NCBI GenBank assembly: GCA_012862495.1
Contig: BLSG01000402.1
Coordinates: 510,660 to 574,659, forward strand
DNA from: Thraustochytrium aureum
Lineage: Eukaryota
Direction of reading: 5' to 3'
Length of the DNA: 64,000 bases
Program-made: the position numbers and the translations under genes
Notes under the pieces: model-generated
The model's input: only the letters and a program-made list of their open reading frames with translations
Told to the model about the DNA's origin: nothing
Databases searched by the model: none
Part shown: positions 21,224 through 32,600 of the stretch, piece after piece
Position numbering within the stretch: the first letter of the stretch is position 1
Layout: each line of letters begins with the position of its first letter

Positions 21224-22840
21224 ATGAGCGCAATGACGACGACCGCTACGGGGCTGAGCAGGTCGACCAAGAGGTTCAACTTCAACTCGAAGAAGAAGTG
21301 CAAGCGGCGAGATCAAGCTGCGCAGCTCGCGAGCTGCATTGCGGACGTCTTGGTGGCGCTCGAGAGGCGGCAGATGTTGCGGACCCTGTACTGCCTCCGC
21401 GAGAACATGATTTGCGGGCGTGTCGCGGACGAGGCGCAGGCTCACCTCGACAAGTTGGCACACATCGAGACGCGTTTGGAGAGCCTTAGTTGCAGGCTGG
21501 CTCTCGCTTTCGAGACGACATGCGCGGATCAGCCGAGAGCCGCGCAGGAAGAGCAGCCGCGCGAATCAACGCATGCCCAGGCCGCATTGCAGAACACCAA
21601 CCCCCTCACCGGCACCTCGAAAGATGACGTGCCAAAACTCCACGGCGACGCCGAGACGTCCGGGACCAGCGCCGTCGTGTGCGGAAGTAGGTCGGAAGAC
21701 CTCACAACCCTCAATCGCGGCAGCTTGCAGCGCGAGACAGGAGTAGGGGGGTCTGGCCGCACGGACTGGGATGGGGAGGGGGTCGAGGAAGCACCGCGCC
21801 CGCCTAGGTCGTCCACCGTAGTGAAACCAAAGTCTGACGCAGCGACACTCAAACAACGAGCTGGCGGGGCTGGGGAGGAAGTGGAAGAAACCAAGTCTGA
21901 CGACGGGCAGAGCGACGAGGAGGGATTCAACTCGTTCGACGAGCAAGACACTGAGCTAGACGAGACAGACGTGGACACCGAGGGCGAGGGAGCCCTTGAT
22001 AGCCCCTGCGCGCTCAAGCAGATCGAGGAAGCGTTTTGCGCAGCGGAGGGCCTCGACTCTGCCGTCTCCTCACATGTCAGCTTCCTCTCGTGCGTATTTG
22101 CGCATTTTGCAGAGGAACGCGAGACGATATGTCTGCAAGGCTGGCTCGAGCTTGGGAAAGTGCTTGGACTCGTCGACCAGCACGTCATACAGCGAGTCCT
22201 GATCAATTTGTTCCGACACTTTGCGGTGCTCCGCCACTCGAGGCTCGGGCTAGGCCCCAAGGAGCTGGCAGAAGCGCTGGCTGCAATAGGGGACCTCAAA
22301 GTGGCTTGGGACGTCGAGTTGGCCCTCCAGCTGCCCACGTTGGCTGACCGGCTTGACATGGTTCTTCGGCAAGCTCACGCCCACGTCGCGAACGACGATC
22401 GTTTTGCGAGCGGGCTAAAGGGAGCAACGCACGAAGCAAGAGCCCGACAAGAGGAAAGCACGTTCGGCGCGCTGTTCCGCTACTATTGCGCGTTTGGCGG
22501 CAAAGGCAATGAGACGCGGCTGAGCAGCGCGAAATTGAAGAAATGGTGCAAGGAGTGCGGTGTCGTGGACCTCGCTGCACGGTCCCGCGGGCGGCTGCTT
22601 GTCGAGGACATCGAGCTCTGCTTTGCTGCGGTGCTCGGGTCGCCGCGGCGTGGCGCGCAGGGATTGTCGATGCAGCAGACCAAGCTCGTGTTCAGCATGT
22701 TGGGGTCCAAGCTGTTTTTTGGCACCACTGAATACGAGTTTGATGGGGCTTCCTACGAGCGAATTCGCTCTGAGGTTGTGCGGGGCTGGGCGGCGTTTTG
22801 CGTCGCAAACGAGTCGTGCATGCGCGCGCCCGGGTACTAG
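21224..22840 (+). CDS. Hypothetical protein with acidic linker and C-terminal p25-alpha/TPPP-like domain; start uncertain
   Basis: LFRYYCAFG...RLSSAKLKKWCKECGVVD...EDIELCFA resembles the p25-alpha consensus. Confidence 0.6.
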   Translation: MSAMTTTATGLSRSTKRFNFNSKKKCKRRDQAAQLASCIADVLVALERRQMLRTLYCLRENMICGRVADEAQAHLDKLAHIETRLESLSCRLALAFETTCADQPRAAQEEQPRESTHAQAALQNTNPLTGTSKDDVPKLHGDAETSGTSAVVCGSRSEDLTTLNRGSLQRETGVGGSGRTDWDGEGVEEAPRPPRSSTVVKPKSDAATLKQRAGGAGEEVEETKSDDGQSDEEGFNSFDEQDTELDETDVDTEGEGALDSPCALKQIEEAFCAAEGLDSAVSSHVSFLSCVFAHFAEERETICLQGWLELGKVLGLVDQHVIQRVLINLFRHFAVLRHSRLGLGPKELAEALAAIGDLKVAWDVELALQLPTLADRLDMVLRQAHAHVANDDRFASGLKGATHEARARQEESTFGALFRYYCAFGGKGNETRLSSAKLKKWCKECGVVDLAARSRGRLLVEDIELCFAAVLGSPRRGAQGLSMQQTKLVFSMLGSKLFFGTTEYEFDGASYERIRSEVVRGWAAFCVANESCMRAPGY

Positions 22841-23136
22841 CCTGCCGACTCGGGACTTACTGCTCCATCACCTTGGGCNNNNNNNNNNNNNNNNNNNNNN
22901 NNNNNNNNNNNNNNNNNNNNNNNNNNNNNNNNNNNNNNNNNNNNNNNNNNNNNNNNNNNNNNNNNNNNNNNNNNNNNNNNNNNNNAAGAACAAGCCAAGG
23001 CAGCTAGGTAGAGATTGTTTTGCTTCGACTAGAGTACCATCAACAGCGACGGCCGAGGCTCTGGGTCTACGTGCTCGGCGCTCAGAGCAGCGCGACTCGC
23101 ACGTCCCTCAAGCTAGATTCGCCGATTCTTTTGAAA

Positions 23137-24935
23137 TCAAATCGCTGCGATGACCTCTTTCTTGATCGCGTTAAACTCGTCTTGGGAAATCTCGCCACGG
23201 TCCAGCCTTGCCTTGGCTTCCTTGAGGACCTCGAGGGGCGGCTTGCTGCCGTCTGTAGGGGGCTTCATTGTGGCTGCTGTCGCCTCGCTCAGTGAGGCGA
23301 AAGCGTCAGCCCCCGGGTTTGCGGTTTGGTGCGGCGCAGCTGCAAGGCTCGGAGCCGACGCGGGCGCATCGAGGCCCGCAAACACGTCGGCTGCGGGCTG
23401 CAATGGGGACTCGCGCGGAGCTGCGGGAGGCTGCGCTGAGGTCGCGCTGGGCTCGGCGTCCATAAAGGCGAATCCGCTCGTGGGCGCAGCGGGGGTGGCG
23501 CTGTCGAGGAACGAAAACCCGCTCGGGGCCTCAAACGCACTTTGAGCGGCCACTGGCGCAAGCATGTCGTCTTGAGCCTGCGTCTCAGCGTTCAAGCTCC
23601 ACGCGTCAGCGTTTGCCTCGGTGCTGATTTGCGAGAGCTCCTCCGCGTCGATTTCGGCATCAAAGTCCAAAAGCGAGGCCTCTGCAGCAGAGCCGCTCTC
23701 GATGGATCTCGGCTCGCCGCTTATGGCCTGCTCGTACGACGGCGGCGGGGGGCTGTCTACAGGCGCATCCGTGTGTGCAGCCTCAGCCCCGCGACGCGAG
23801 GCACGCTCGGCAGCGAGAACTTCCTCCCGAATCTCGGGCGGCAGCGCAGCAAGAAATTCCTCGCGCTCCTGGGCGTCTTGAAATGAGACCTCCTGCTCCA
23901 GAGCAGGGGGTTGCTTGGCGGCACTGGCGCCGGCGCAGGCTGGCTCAAAGTCGACTCGTCCGCAGGGACGCCGAGGACGTCGCCGGCTTGAAAGCCCGGC
24001 GGGATCTGGATCATTATCGAGCGGCCGTTGGGCAGCTCGGCACGAAAATGCTGGCCAGGATACATGCCGGCTGGGATAGTGACTTGAAACATTGAAACCC
24101 AGTCCGTCGCGTTCTGCGACGGTTCTGGCGCCTGCGGCGGTTGCCCCTCCTGTGCCAGAATCTCTGCTCGGATGTCGTCAGGTAGGGCGGCCAGGAAGGC
24201 TTCGCGCTCGATTCGCTCTTGTTCGCTGAGCGGTTGTTGCACCGCGGCCGGCGCAGGCGACCCGGCGATGAAGGGCAGCGCGAGCTCGTCTCCAGGCTGC
24301 GCTCCGGCGGGCACGCGGACGGCAACAGAAGACCCGTTAGGGAGCCTGGCGGAAAAGCTCTGGCCTTGTTGCACCCCGCTCGGAACGCGGACGCGGAACT
24401 CGCTGCTCGACGGAGGAGCGACGACCGCCCCGGAGCTGATGAACGTAAACTCTTCGCCAGGCGCGAGACCCGGGGGCACCTGCACACGTTCCAAGCCACT
24501 GCGGCCGGGAACTTGCACGCTGATGAAGTTGCCGCCCTGCAGGCCATCGGGCACGGCAACGCGAATCCGCACCGGCGGGGCTCCACCTTGCAGCTCCTCC
24601 TGGAGACGGCGGGCCAGCTTGCGGTCCTCCTCTTCGATGATGCGGCGCGCGCGTATCTCGCTGTAAATCTGCTCCTCTTCGCGCTTGAGATTCTCTGTGA
24701 ACGCTAGATTATTCCGCATCTGGGCCTGCATGGCTTGCTCAGCGCGGCGCGGCGCTGCTGGCCGCGTCGTTGGCGCGTTCGACCCAGCGCCGCGCACACC
24801 GCTGTCGCCATCCTCGCCCCCCTCGCGCTCGCTCTCTCCAAGTAGACTGGAGCTGAGACTCCCCGCGTCCACGAGCCCGTCATCGCCATCATTCGTGACC
24901 CGGCGCAGCCCCACAGCATCCCGGAGCCTGTTCAT
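23137..24935 (-). CDS. Ubiquitin-binding adaptor-like protein (MIU-like, repeated VxVPxGxxPG modules, 2 UBM, PPxY, C-terminal SHOCT-like); frameshift ~23906
   Basis: EEDRKLARRLQEE; FLAALPDDIRAEIL and FLAALPPEIREEVL; PPPSY; LKEAKARLDRGEISQDEFNAIKKEVI; adding one C in a C5 run joins the two ORFs. Confidence 0.75.
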
Positions 24936-25589
24936 CCCGGCGCGACTCGCGGCGCGACTCGCGGCGGGCGGGCTCTTCCGCCGCTCCAGGTCACCCTGCC
25001 CAGCACGCCACGACCAGCAGGCCACGACCAGCAAGCCAGCACGCAAGCCAGCCAGTAGACCGCAGAGAGCAGCAGGAGGCAGGCGCCGCGTTGGGGAGTG
25101 GGCGAGGGCCGGAGCGCGTCTTGCGGCTCTGCTGGCGCCCTCGACGATGATCTCGCACGAACGACGCCCAACGAGGCCATGGATACTCGCTCGCTCGCTC
25201 GCGCGCTGCGCAGGACAACGACCAGACCAGCAACGAAACCAGGGCGCGCGCGACGGCGGAGCAGGGCGGCCAGCGCGAGGTCCGTGCCGTGCTGCTCCAC
25301 GAGGACGAGCCGGTCGTTGACGCATTATCTGCCATGGAGGGCGCGGATGGGGCCGCGGAAGGGATGGAGCGCGACGAGGTGCTGTGGACGAGGACGCCGT
25401 GGTCGCGGCAGGCGATGGCGCGGGGGTCGTCGGTGTTGTGCTGCTGACGGAGGAGGATGCGCGCAAGGTCAGCGACGGCGAGGCCAATGGCAAGTCCAGG
25501 CGCGAGTTCGCGTTTCGCGTTCGAAAGGCCGGCCAGATCGTCCTGTCCGATTGTAGGACGACGCGAAATCGGCGCAGGAGCTCCCGCGG

Positions 25590-25850
25590 GTAGGAGGACA
25601 CACGGAAAGGTTCAGTGTCGCGGGCCTCTTGCTCGACGGCGACCGCATCGTTTCAGGGAGCAGCGGCAAGATCGTCCGGGTCTGGACGCCGAAACGGGGC
25701 AGGAGCGGAGCTCCGGCAGCTCGAGGGTCACACCGAAAGGGTCACGGCCGTGGCCTTTTCGCAGGATGGCACGTTCATTGCTTCCCGCGACATGCACTGC
25801 GCGTGCTGGCGTGGTCGATAGCAACTGGCAAGCAGTTGGAGGATGGAGAC
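25590..25850 (+). pseudogene. Degraded WD40-repeat fragment
   Basis: GHT...DGDRIVSGSSGKIVRVW / DAETG / LRQLEGHTERVTAVAFSQDGTFIAS are distributed across three frames within ~260 bp; there is no long ORF. Confidence 0.65.
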
Positions 25851-26588
25851 GCAGCGGCGACGCCAGCAAAGCGAGTGAGAATTCCGGCGCTGACGAACGG
25901 TGGTCGAGCTGTGGCTGTTGTTGGCGAGGATGCCGAATCTTCTGTGGGTTTCACGAGCGATTCCGAAATCGGGGCATGCATCTATGTTGGCATGGAGCAG
26001 CAGCGGTACTTGCTACGCTGAGCTGCGGGGATTCGGCGGACGGCTTCTTCGTTGCCGTAGTTGTTGACTCTCGCCAAGCTTTAAAAGTAATTGCGAGTCG
26101 AATCATGAGACTCTACAGGACCCCATGGATTTGACAGCTGATAGTGCCGTTGCTCAGAGCCCAAGGTTGCCGCTTGCCCTGCCCGACGCGTTCGCAGTAC
26201 GTCAGTCAGCTGTAGTCGTTGGATTCGTCCGCAGAGCACTCCCACTCAGGGAAATGCACAAGGCCATCCCTTTCGAGTTTGTATGAACACTGCCGGTCCG
26301 TGTCGGCCTCCCTTTTACTTCTCAGCTGGCGATTTTGCCGGTCAGTCAGCAGACCTTGCAACACTCCAGCCCGCCAGTCTGAGCTTGCCAGACACGAGCC
26401 AGACACGCTCGGGCAGACGCTGCGAGCGAGCTGTTGGCACGACGTTTTCCTCTGCGGCAGGGCGCGCTGGCTACAAATCATCGGGGTTCTGCTGCCTTCC
26501 AGGAATCGGAGCGCCGAACAACGGGCCTGCGAAACGAAGAACGAGGCGCCGGCCATACGGAGTGCGCAAGGAGCGCTCGAGCTGCTCC

Positions 26589-26689
26589 GCGCCAAGCCTC
26601 TAGAGATAGGACCCCAGGACTCCCAGCGCGATGCGCCAAGCCTCTAGCTAGAGCTAGGACCCCAGGACTCCCAACGCGATGCGCCAAGC
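26589..26689. repeat. 44/48-bp tandem duplication
   Basis: GCGCCAAGCCTCTAG...TAGGACCCCAGGACTCCCA.CGCGAT at 26589 and 26633; the second copy has an extra CTAG; partial third copy at 26681. Confidence 0.9.
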
Positions 26690-27522
26690 GCAGCAACTCC
26701 TGATCACACGCCATCAACTTGCGGGGTTGGCGCGGGCATGGCCCCCACCAGAAGGACCCGCCGGCCGCGCGTTCACCTGATCAGCCGAGGCAGCGCGCGG
26801 GTTGCGGCAACGAGCCCTTGAAAGCTGGAGCCCTTCGTCGGTGCTGAATGTTGCAAGTCGAGTGCGTTGAACAAGCGGCTTGCCTCGGTGGCGGGCAGAG
26901 CAGTTGGCCCCTGCAGAGCAGCGTTGATGGCGTGCGTCAAGCGTGCGCTGTACCTTCTTTCCTCGGCCTGGCCTGCTCTACTTGCCGTCAGGGCAGAGAG
27001 CCCGCTCGCCGACCCTCCCTCCCTCCCCGGCCTGAAAGCGCAACGTTTCAAAATCTCTCACGCTGATGGAATGGCTGGCAAGCGCGCAGCTGCGGCCGCG
27101 CAAGTCAGCCGCGCAAGACGGCAGCGCAAGCGAGGGCGGTGGGTGGGTTGGTGGATGGTGGGGCGCCTCTCCCCCGCTGGTCCATGTGCGAGAGAGGGCT
27201 CCCGGCTGTTTTCGTGCGCGGCTGTGAGGTGTGCCCGGCATGCAGAGCCTGTTTCCTGCCGGGGAGCGCACATCTTGAACGCCGCAACCCCTGGCAGCGG
27301 GCTAGCTGCCTGCGCCAGGCCGCAGAGGAGCTTGGGCGAGCTGGGCGAGCTGGCTGGATGAGTCGTGAGCCTCGGAGAGACAAGGCTCTCATCTGAGCGA
27401 AGCCCATGCACAAATAGCCGGTGCTCCTCACATGTGGCGCGAGCTGCTCGATTCTCTCACGACCGCCAGGCCGTTCGTTCGCGCGACAGTCCACCAGAGC
27501 CCGAACGAACGAGTGCGCGTGC

Positions 27523-27571
27523 GAGCAGCAGCAGAGCAGCAGCAGAGCAGCAGCAATAGCAGCAGCAGCAG
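27523..27571. repeat. Imperfect (GCA)n microsatellite
   Basis: Directly visible just 5' of the deaminase ATG. Confidence 0.9.
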
Positions 27572-27604
27572 GGTCAAGGGACCTGGAGATAGCACGGACC
27601 AGAA

Positions 27605-29110
27605 ATGTCGGCGCTGCTGCGCACTGGCCAAGGCAAGGCGTCGTCGGAGAGCACGCTGTTTGACGCCCGCAAGGACGCGCTCAAGCGCCAAGTGCTGCTC
27701 GAGTCGTTCCACAGTGTCGACTACCAGGTGCACGTGCAGATTGGCGAAGAAGATGTGACCCTGGAGCAGATGGCGGAGCGAGCGTTCGCAAAGATGCTCA
27801 AGGAGGACACGATGATCGACCCTGGCGCGGACTTCCTCGTCTCGAAGCCAACGGTGGAAAAGAGCAAGGTGTTCCAAGTGCTGAGCGGGATGCCCAAGGG
27901 CGCTCTGCTGCACACGCATGGTATCGCGACGGGCCCTTTCGAAGGGCTCGTCAAGCAGCTGCGCAGCGACAAGCGCGTGCACGTGTTTACAGGCAAGGAC
28001 GACGCGGCGACGCTCTTCGGCGAAGTGCGCTACCTGACGCGCAAGGAGGCTGCCAAGAGCCGCTCCTGGAAGCCGGCCTCCCAGTTCAAAGAGAGCGAGC
28101 TCCTGGCGCTGTTTCAGGTGCCCCCCGAGACCGCGAGGGCTGACAAGTGGCCGGTGTTTCAAAATGTGTGGATGCGCATCCGCGAGCTCTCGGACACCCT
28201 CCCGCTGTGGCGCGGCGAGGACTCCTTCTTCTGGTGCATGCTCAGCAAGTTGCTAGAGACGGGCGTCACGTACGTCGAGGTCAAGCAGCTCATCCCCGAG
28301 GGCTGGGTCGAGCCCAGCGAAGACGGGGAAACCGTCGACCGCAACGTCAGCATCGACGTCTTCATGCAGACCTTCAAGGACACGGTGGAGCTGTTCATGA
28401 AGAAGCACCCGCACTTTGCCGGCGCGAAAATGATCTGGTGCACGCTAAAGCTTCTCGACGAAAAGACCGTGGAGCGCAACACGGAGACAGTTTTGCGCCT
28501 CATGCGCGAGTTCCCGGGCTACATCGCGGGCTACGACCTGGTCGGCCACGAAGACACCCTCTCTCCGATCTCAAAGTACGCCAAGACACTTGCGTCGTTC
28601 CGTGATAAGGGTGGCCGCCTTATCCTGCACGCGGGGGAGACGAACGAGCCCGACGCCGAGCAGCTCTACGACGCCATTGCGATTGGGGCTTCGCGGATCG
28701 GCCACGCCTTTGCGCTGCCAAAGTTCCCGGCGCTCATGCGCATTGTGCGCGAGCGTGGGATCACGGTTGAGTGCTGCCCGCTCAGCAACCAAGCGCTCGG
28801 CTACGTGGCGGATTTGCGCAACCACCCAGGCCACATCATGATCAACAATGGCCTCAGACTGACGATCTCGAGCGACGACGCCGCTATTTTTGGATACTCT
28901 GACTTGACCTTTGACTTTGCCCTGGTCGCCAAGGCCTGGGGCCTGTCGCTCTCGCAGCTGAGGCACTTGGCGCGCCAGTCGTTCCGCTGCACTGCGCTCT
29001 CGCTGGAGGACCAACAGGCTGCCGAGAGTCAATTCGACGAGGACTGGGCCGCGTTCCTGCACGACTTTATCTCCTCTCCCAGCGCCAAGCGTGCCAGCAA
29101 GCGCTTCTGA
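27605..29110 (+). CDS. ADA2: Adenosine deaminase, ADA2/ADGF (CECR1) type
   Basis: MPKGALLHTH, GYDLVGHED, LHAGET, RIGH, ECCPLSNQ and ISSDD motifs. Confidence 0.9.
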   Translation: MSALLRTGQGKASSESTLFDARKDALKRQVLLESFHSVDYQVHVQIGEEDVTLEQMAERAFAKMLKEDTMIDPGADFLVSKPTVEKSKVFQVLSGMPKGALLHTHGIATGPFEGLVKQLRSDKRVHVFTGKDDAATLFGEVRYLTRKEAAKSRSWKPASQFKESELLALFQVPPETARADKWPVFQNVWMRIRELSDTLPLWRGEDSFFWCMLSKLLETGVTYVEVKQLIPEGWVEPSEDGETVDRNVSIDVFMQTFKDTVELFMKKHPHFAGAKMIWCTLKLLDEKTVERNTETVLRLMREFPGYIAGYDLVGHEDTLSPISKYAKTLASFRDKGGRLILHAGETNEPDAEQLYDAIAIGASRIGHAFALPKFPALMRIVRERGITVECCPLSNQALGYVADLRNHPGHIMINNGLRLTISSDDAAIFGYSDLTFDFALVAKAWGLSLSQLRHLARQSFRCTALSLEDQQAAESQFDEDWAAFLHDFISSPSAKRASKRF

Positions 29111-29113
29111 GCC

Positions 29114-29190
29114 CCGACCGACGGACCCGCTGGCAAGGCGAGGCGGAGGACCTCCGACCGACGGTCCCGCTGGCAAGACGGGGCGGAGGG
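29114..29190. repeat. 40-bp-period direct repeat x2
   Basis: CCGACCGACGG(A/T)CCCGCTGGCAAG.CG.GGCGGAGG at 29114 and 29154, right after the deaminase stop. Confidence 0.9.
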
Positions 29191-29666
29191 CCCTCGTCAA
29201 ATTTCCCCGGCGGCCCTGCTTTATGAGGCAGCGCGGGCGACGTGCGGAATCCCCACCATCGGCTGCGCTCTAGCTGGGCGAGTGCGTTCAAGCTGCTTTG
29301 TGTGGCCTGCCATTTCGCTTGCCGCCACCAGAGCGCTGTTTCCGCGACTCCAGGCAGGTGGGCCAAGCGAACGCGCGCTTCAACAGTTGGCTCTGTTCAT
29401 TGCAGGCCACATACTTACATGCAGAGCAGCCTTCGACGTTTGACACACCGCTCGTTCGCATCCCGTCCTGGACGCCTGAGCATGCCGCTCGCGCTCGTGC
29501 TGCGACCTTGTTTCCCTACAGCAAGCGAGGCTCGCCTGGTTGCGGGCAGGAGCCTTGGTGGAAAAGCGGCAAGCGAGGACCGCGGGGCGTGGGGCAGCCA
29601 GCAAACCTTCTAAACGCATTTACTGGTATGACATAGAGCGAGGAAAGCAACAGCAATTTGGTTTGG

Positions 29667-32600
29667 TCACTGGTGGCTAGGAAGGTGGATCGACACAGGC
29701 GGCGTGCACAGCGGCACGGGCTTGCCCGAAGGCAGCGTCGCGTTCCGCACGATGCGAATGCCGCGCTTGCGAGGCTTGGTCGCCAATATATCGCGGATCT
29801 TGTCGAGTTGGCCGGGCTTGTCCGTCTTGAGGCCCTGGTGCGGGCGAAAGGTGAGGTTCTCCACAACAACCTTGGCACGCCACTCCTCTTTGGCGCGCAC
29901 TTGAGCTTCCTTTTCTGCGAGCAGTACATCGTCCCCGCTCAAGTGAACAGACTTGAAAAAGTCCGGGTTGCGCGAGCCGTCCTCGTTGTACCCCCCGAAC
30001 AGAACAAAGTCGTTTGTTGGGATGCAATCGAAATTGGGGCCCAGATTGGCGTTTTGCAAGTGCGCGGGCTTGGGTTCTTCCCATGGGCGGCGGAGCTCCT
30101 CGACCCGCGACGCGCTGACCGGGTTGCGAGGCCTGCGATCCTCTTTTGCAGACCGAATCGCAGGATAAACAAAGCCGCGCTTGGTCAAAAACTGCTCGCG
30201 GTTGCGCTTGTCCTCGTCCCGGGCCACTTGCTCCTCGTTGACGAGAGAAAACCCGAGCGACTGAAACTCCCTCGAATACGTGTACGTGACCTTGCCATGC
30301 TTGGAGAGCCGTCGGCGTAGTTCGTCCTGCTGCCGCTCCACAATGTTGAGCTTCTGGCCCGAGTACATGAACGCCTCGCCGTTGGGCCCGCCAAACAACC
30401 GCAGAATCTCCTCGTCCGCCTCAGAGCGCGCTGCAAGACGTTCTTGAACACGCTTGCCAATCTCGCGGCGTCGCGCCCTGCGCTCCTCCATAAAGTCGCG
30501 CGTCTCGCGATTCGCCCTTGCCAACTCAAAAGCTTGGTTGCGCGAGTCGGTCGCTGCCTTTCGTCGCGCGCCTTGCGCCGTGTGGCTTTTGGACGCTTTC
30601 TCGCCCCCCGAGTCTGGCCGCTGGTTCGGGTGGGCGAGGGTGCCCGGAGCGCTGTTGTCGCTCTTGCGAGCCTCCTCTTGCGCTTCAGTGGCCTTGCGGG
30701 GGCTCATGTACGAGCGCCGTTTGGGCTGCTTGGGAACGCCGTCCAGGTCCTCGATGGAAACGCTCTCGCCGTACTTGGACTCGAGGCGAGAGAGCATTTC
30801 CACGGTAGGGAAAACTTGGTTGCGAGACAGCACCGCGCTGCGGCGTGTACTGCGCAGCTCTGCAAGCCTCAGGAGTGCAGACTGGCACAACGCGTCGACT
30901 TTGAACGAGTCGTATATCTCTGGCGTCAGCAAAATATATCGGAGCGGGTCGCGGAGCCGAATCACCTTGAGGTCAATGTCGAACGCCGTGTAGAGCCTCG
31001 ACGTGTATCGCACAAGCGAATTTGAAAGTAGAGTGCACTGCTCGTTGTTTCGGAAGCGCGGCAATTTGTCTCGGAGGCGTCGAATCGCGCCGTCGCCGAG
31101 TCCTTCCAGGACTAGCATTCGAAACTCGTCGTCAACGACTTGAAACCCTGTGACTATGTCAAGGTCCCCAGCGGCGGCCGCTTGAGACTCTTCTGTAGTC
31201 AGCTGGTACGACCGAAGGCTCTCTGCGCCGGGAATCGCTTCCATGTTGAGCGTTTGGAGCGCTCCGCGGATCTTAAGCATCAAGTCGCGCTCGCCGTACT
31301 CGAAGAGCAGAACGAGGCGCTCAAAGAGCGGCCTGCGTGGGACAAGCGCGGCGCTCTGCGCTCGCCCCATGCCCGCGACAGCAGCTTCGCCCGGCGCTTC
31401 GGCATTGTTGCACAGCAGCTTGCGCGAGTGAACCGGCAGCGAGAGCCTGTGGTGGTGGAGAGGGTGCGTGATACTCGCTGCAACGCGAACCTCCGTGCCT
31501 GCCTCAAAGTACCTACCTGGTTGACGCACCAGGTGTTCGGCGTCGGTCAAGTCCAGCTCGGCTCGCTCCACCTCCCCACCAACAGGGACGTCGCGCTTCA
31601 GTGGCGCGACAGCAGCTCGAATTTTGATCTCTGCCGCCCGTCGCGATGCCGAGAACGCGACCGGGTCACGTTCGTGCAGATCGCGAGCGAGCCTATCCAC
31701 GAGCTCCCGAGACGAGCTCCACAGCTCGTCGAGCGAGACAAAGGCTTGGCCTCGAGCTTGCTGCCGCGAGTGCTCGTCGATGATGCGACAATAGTCGCGC
31801 CACGCTCTGAAGTCAAGGTCTTGCAGGGTCTCACGCGGTTCGTCCTCCGGGGACGCCTTTTGCGCGTCCTCCTCGTCATCGGATCCTTGGGCTGCCGCCG
31901 CCTCCTTGCCGCCTTTTTTATGTCCAGCAGACTCTGTCACTGCGGTGGACTCGGCCTCGGCCTGCGCGCGAGAGAGGACTGGGGCATAGAGCTTCTTGTA
32001 CCTTGCACGATGCGCAACGAGGCGGCTTTGCGTTGTGACAAGGTCCACGTCGCGGTCGTGTATCTCTATTTGAATGGGGGAGACCTCAAGTAGCTCCGCG
32101 ACGGTGTCGCGGTTCATTCCGCCCACGAGAAATGTGGTCTTGAGCCCGAGCCGTAGCTTGTTCGTACCGTGCCGCAAGGGGACGCTCCGCGCAACGCGGT
32201 CTTGTGCGAGAATGCCGGGCATGGCACGTAGCGTCGCGTAGACCGGCAAGCAGTGCTTCTTTTGGAGCATGAACGGGTCGTGCGACTTGGTAATCGGATC
32301 TGTGACGAACGGCGCCATGTGAGCGTTGCCGGCTTCCACGATGAGCCCCGGCAGCGGCCGAACGGATAGCACGTCGATGCTGAGCGGGTTTAGCAAAGCG
32401 CAGAGCCTTTGTGAAAGGGCGGGGCGGTCAGTGCACACCAGGATCCGAGCAGCAGCAAGCTCGCCACCGCCGAAAGGGACAGGCCCAAAGTAGCTCGCCT
32501 TTGGGCCGCCGAGGTTGCCAAAGTGGCGCTCCACGCGGAGGTCTCCGTCGAGGAGTGGACTGATGTCTACAGCGATGGCGTCTTCCCACGCGCCTTGGTC

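Noticed and set aside
29380..29666. Possible extra exon of the CFAP92-like gene (minus-strand GTAAGT near 29417)
   Set aside because: Could not build a convincing in-frame model from sequence alone
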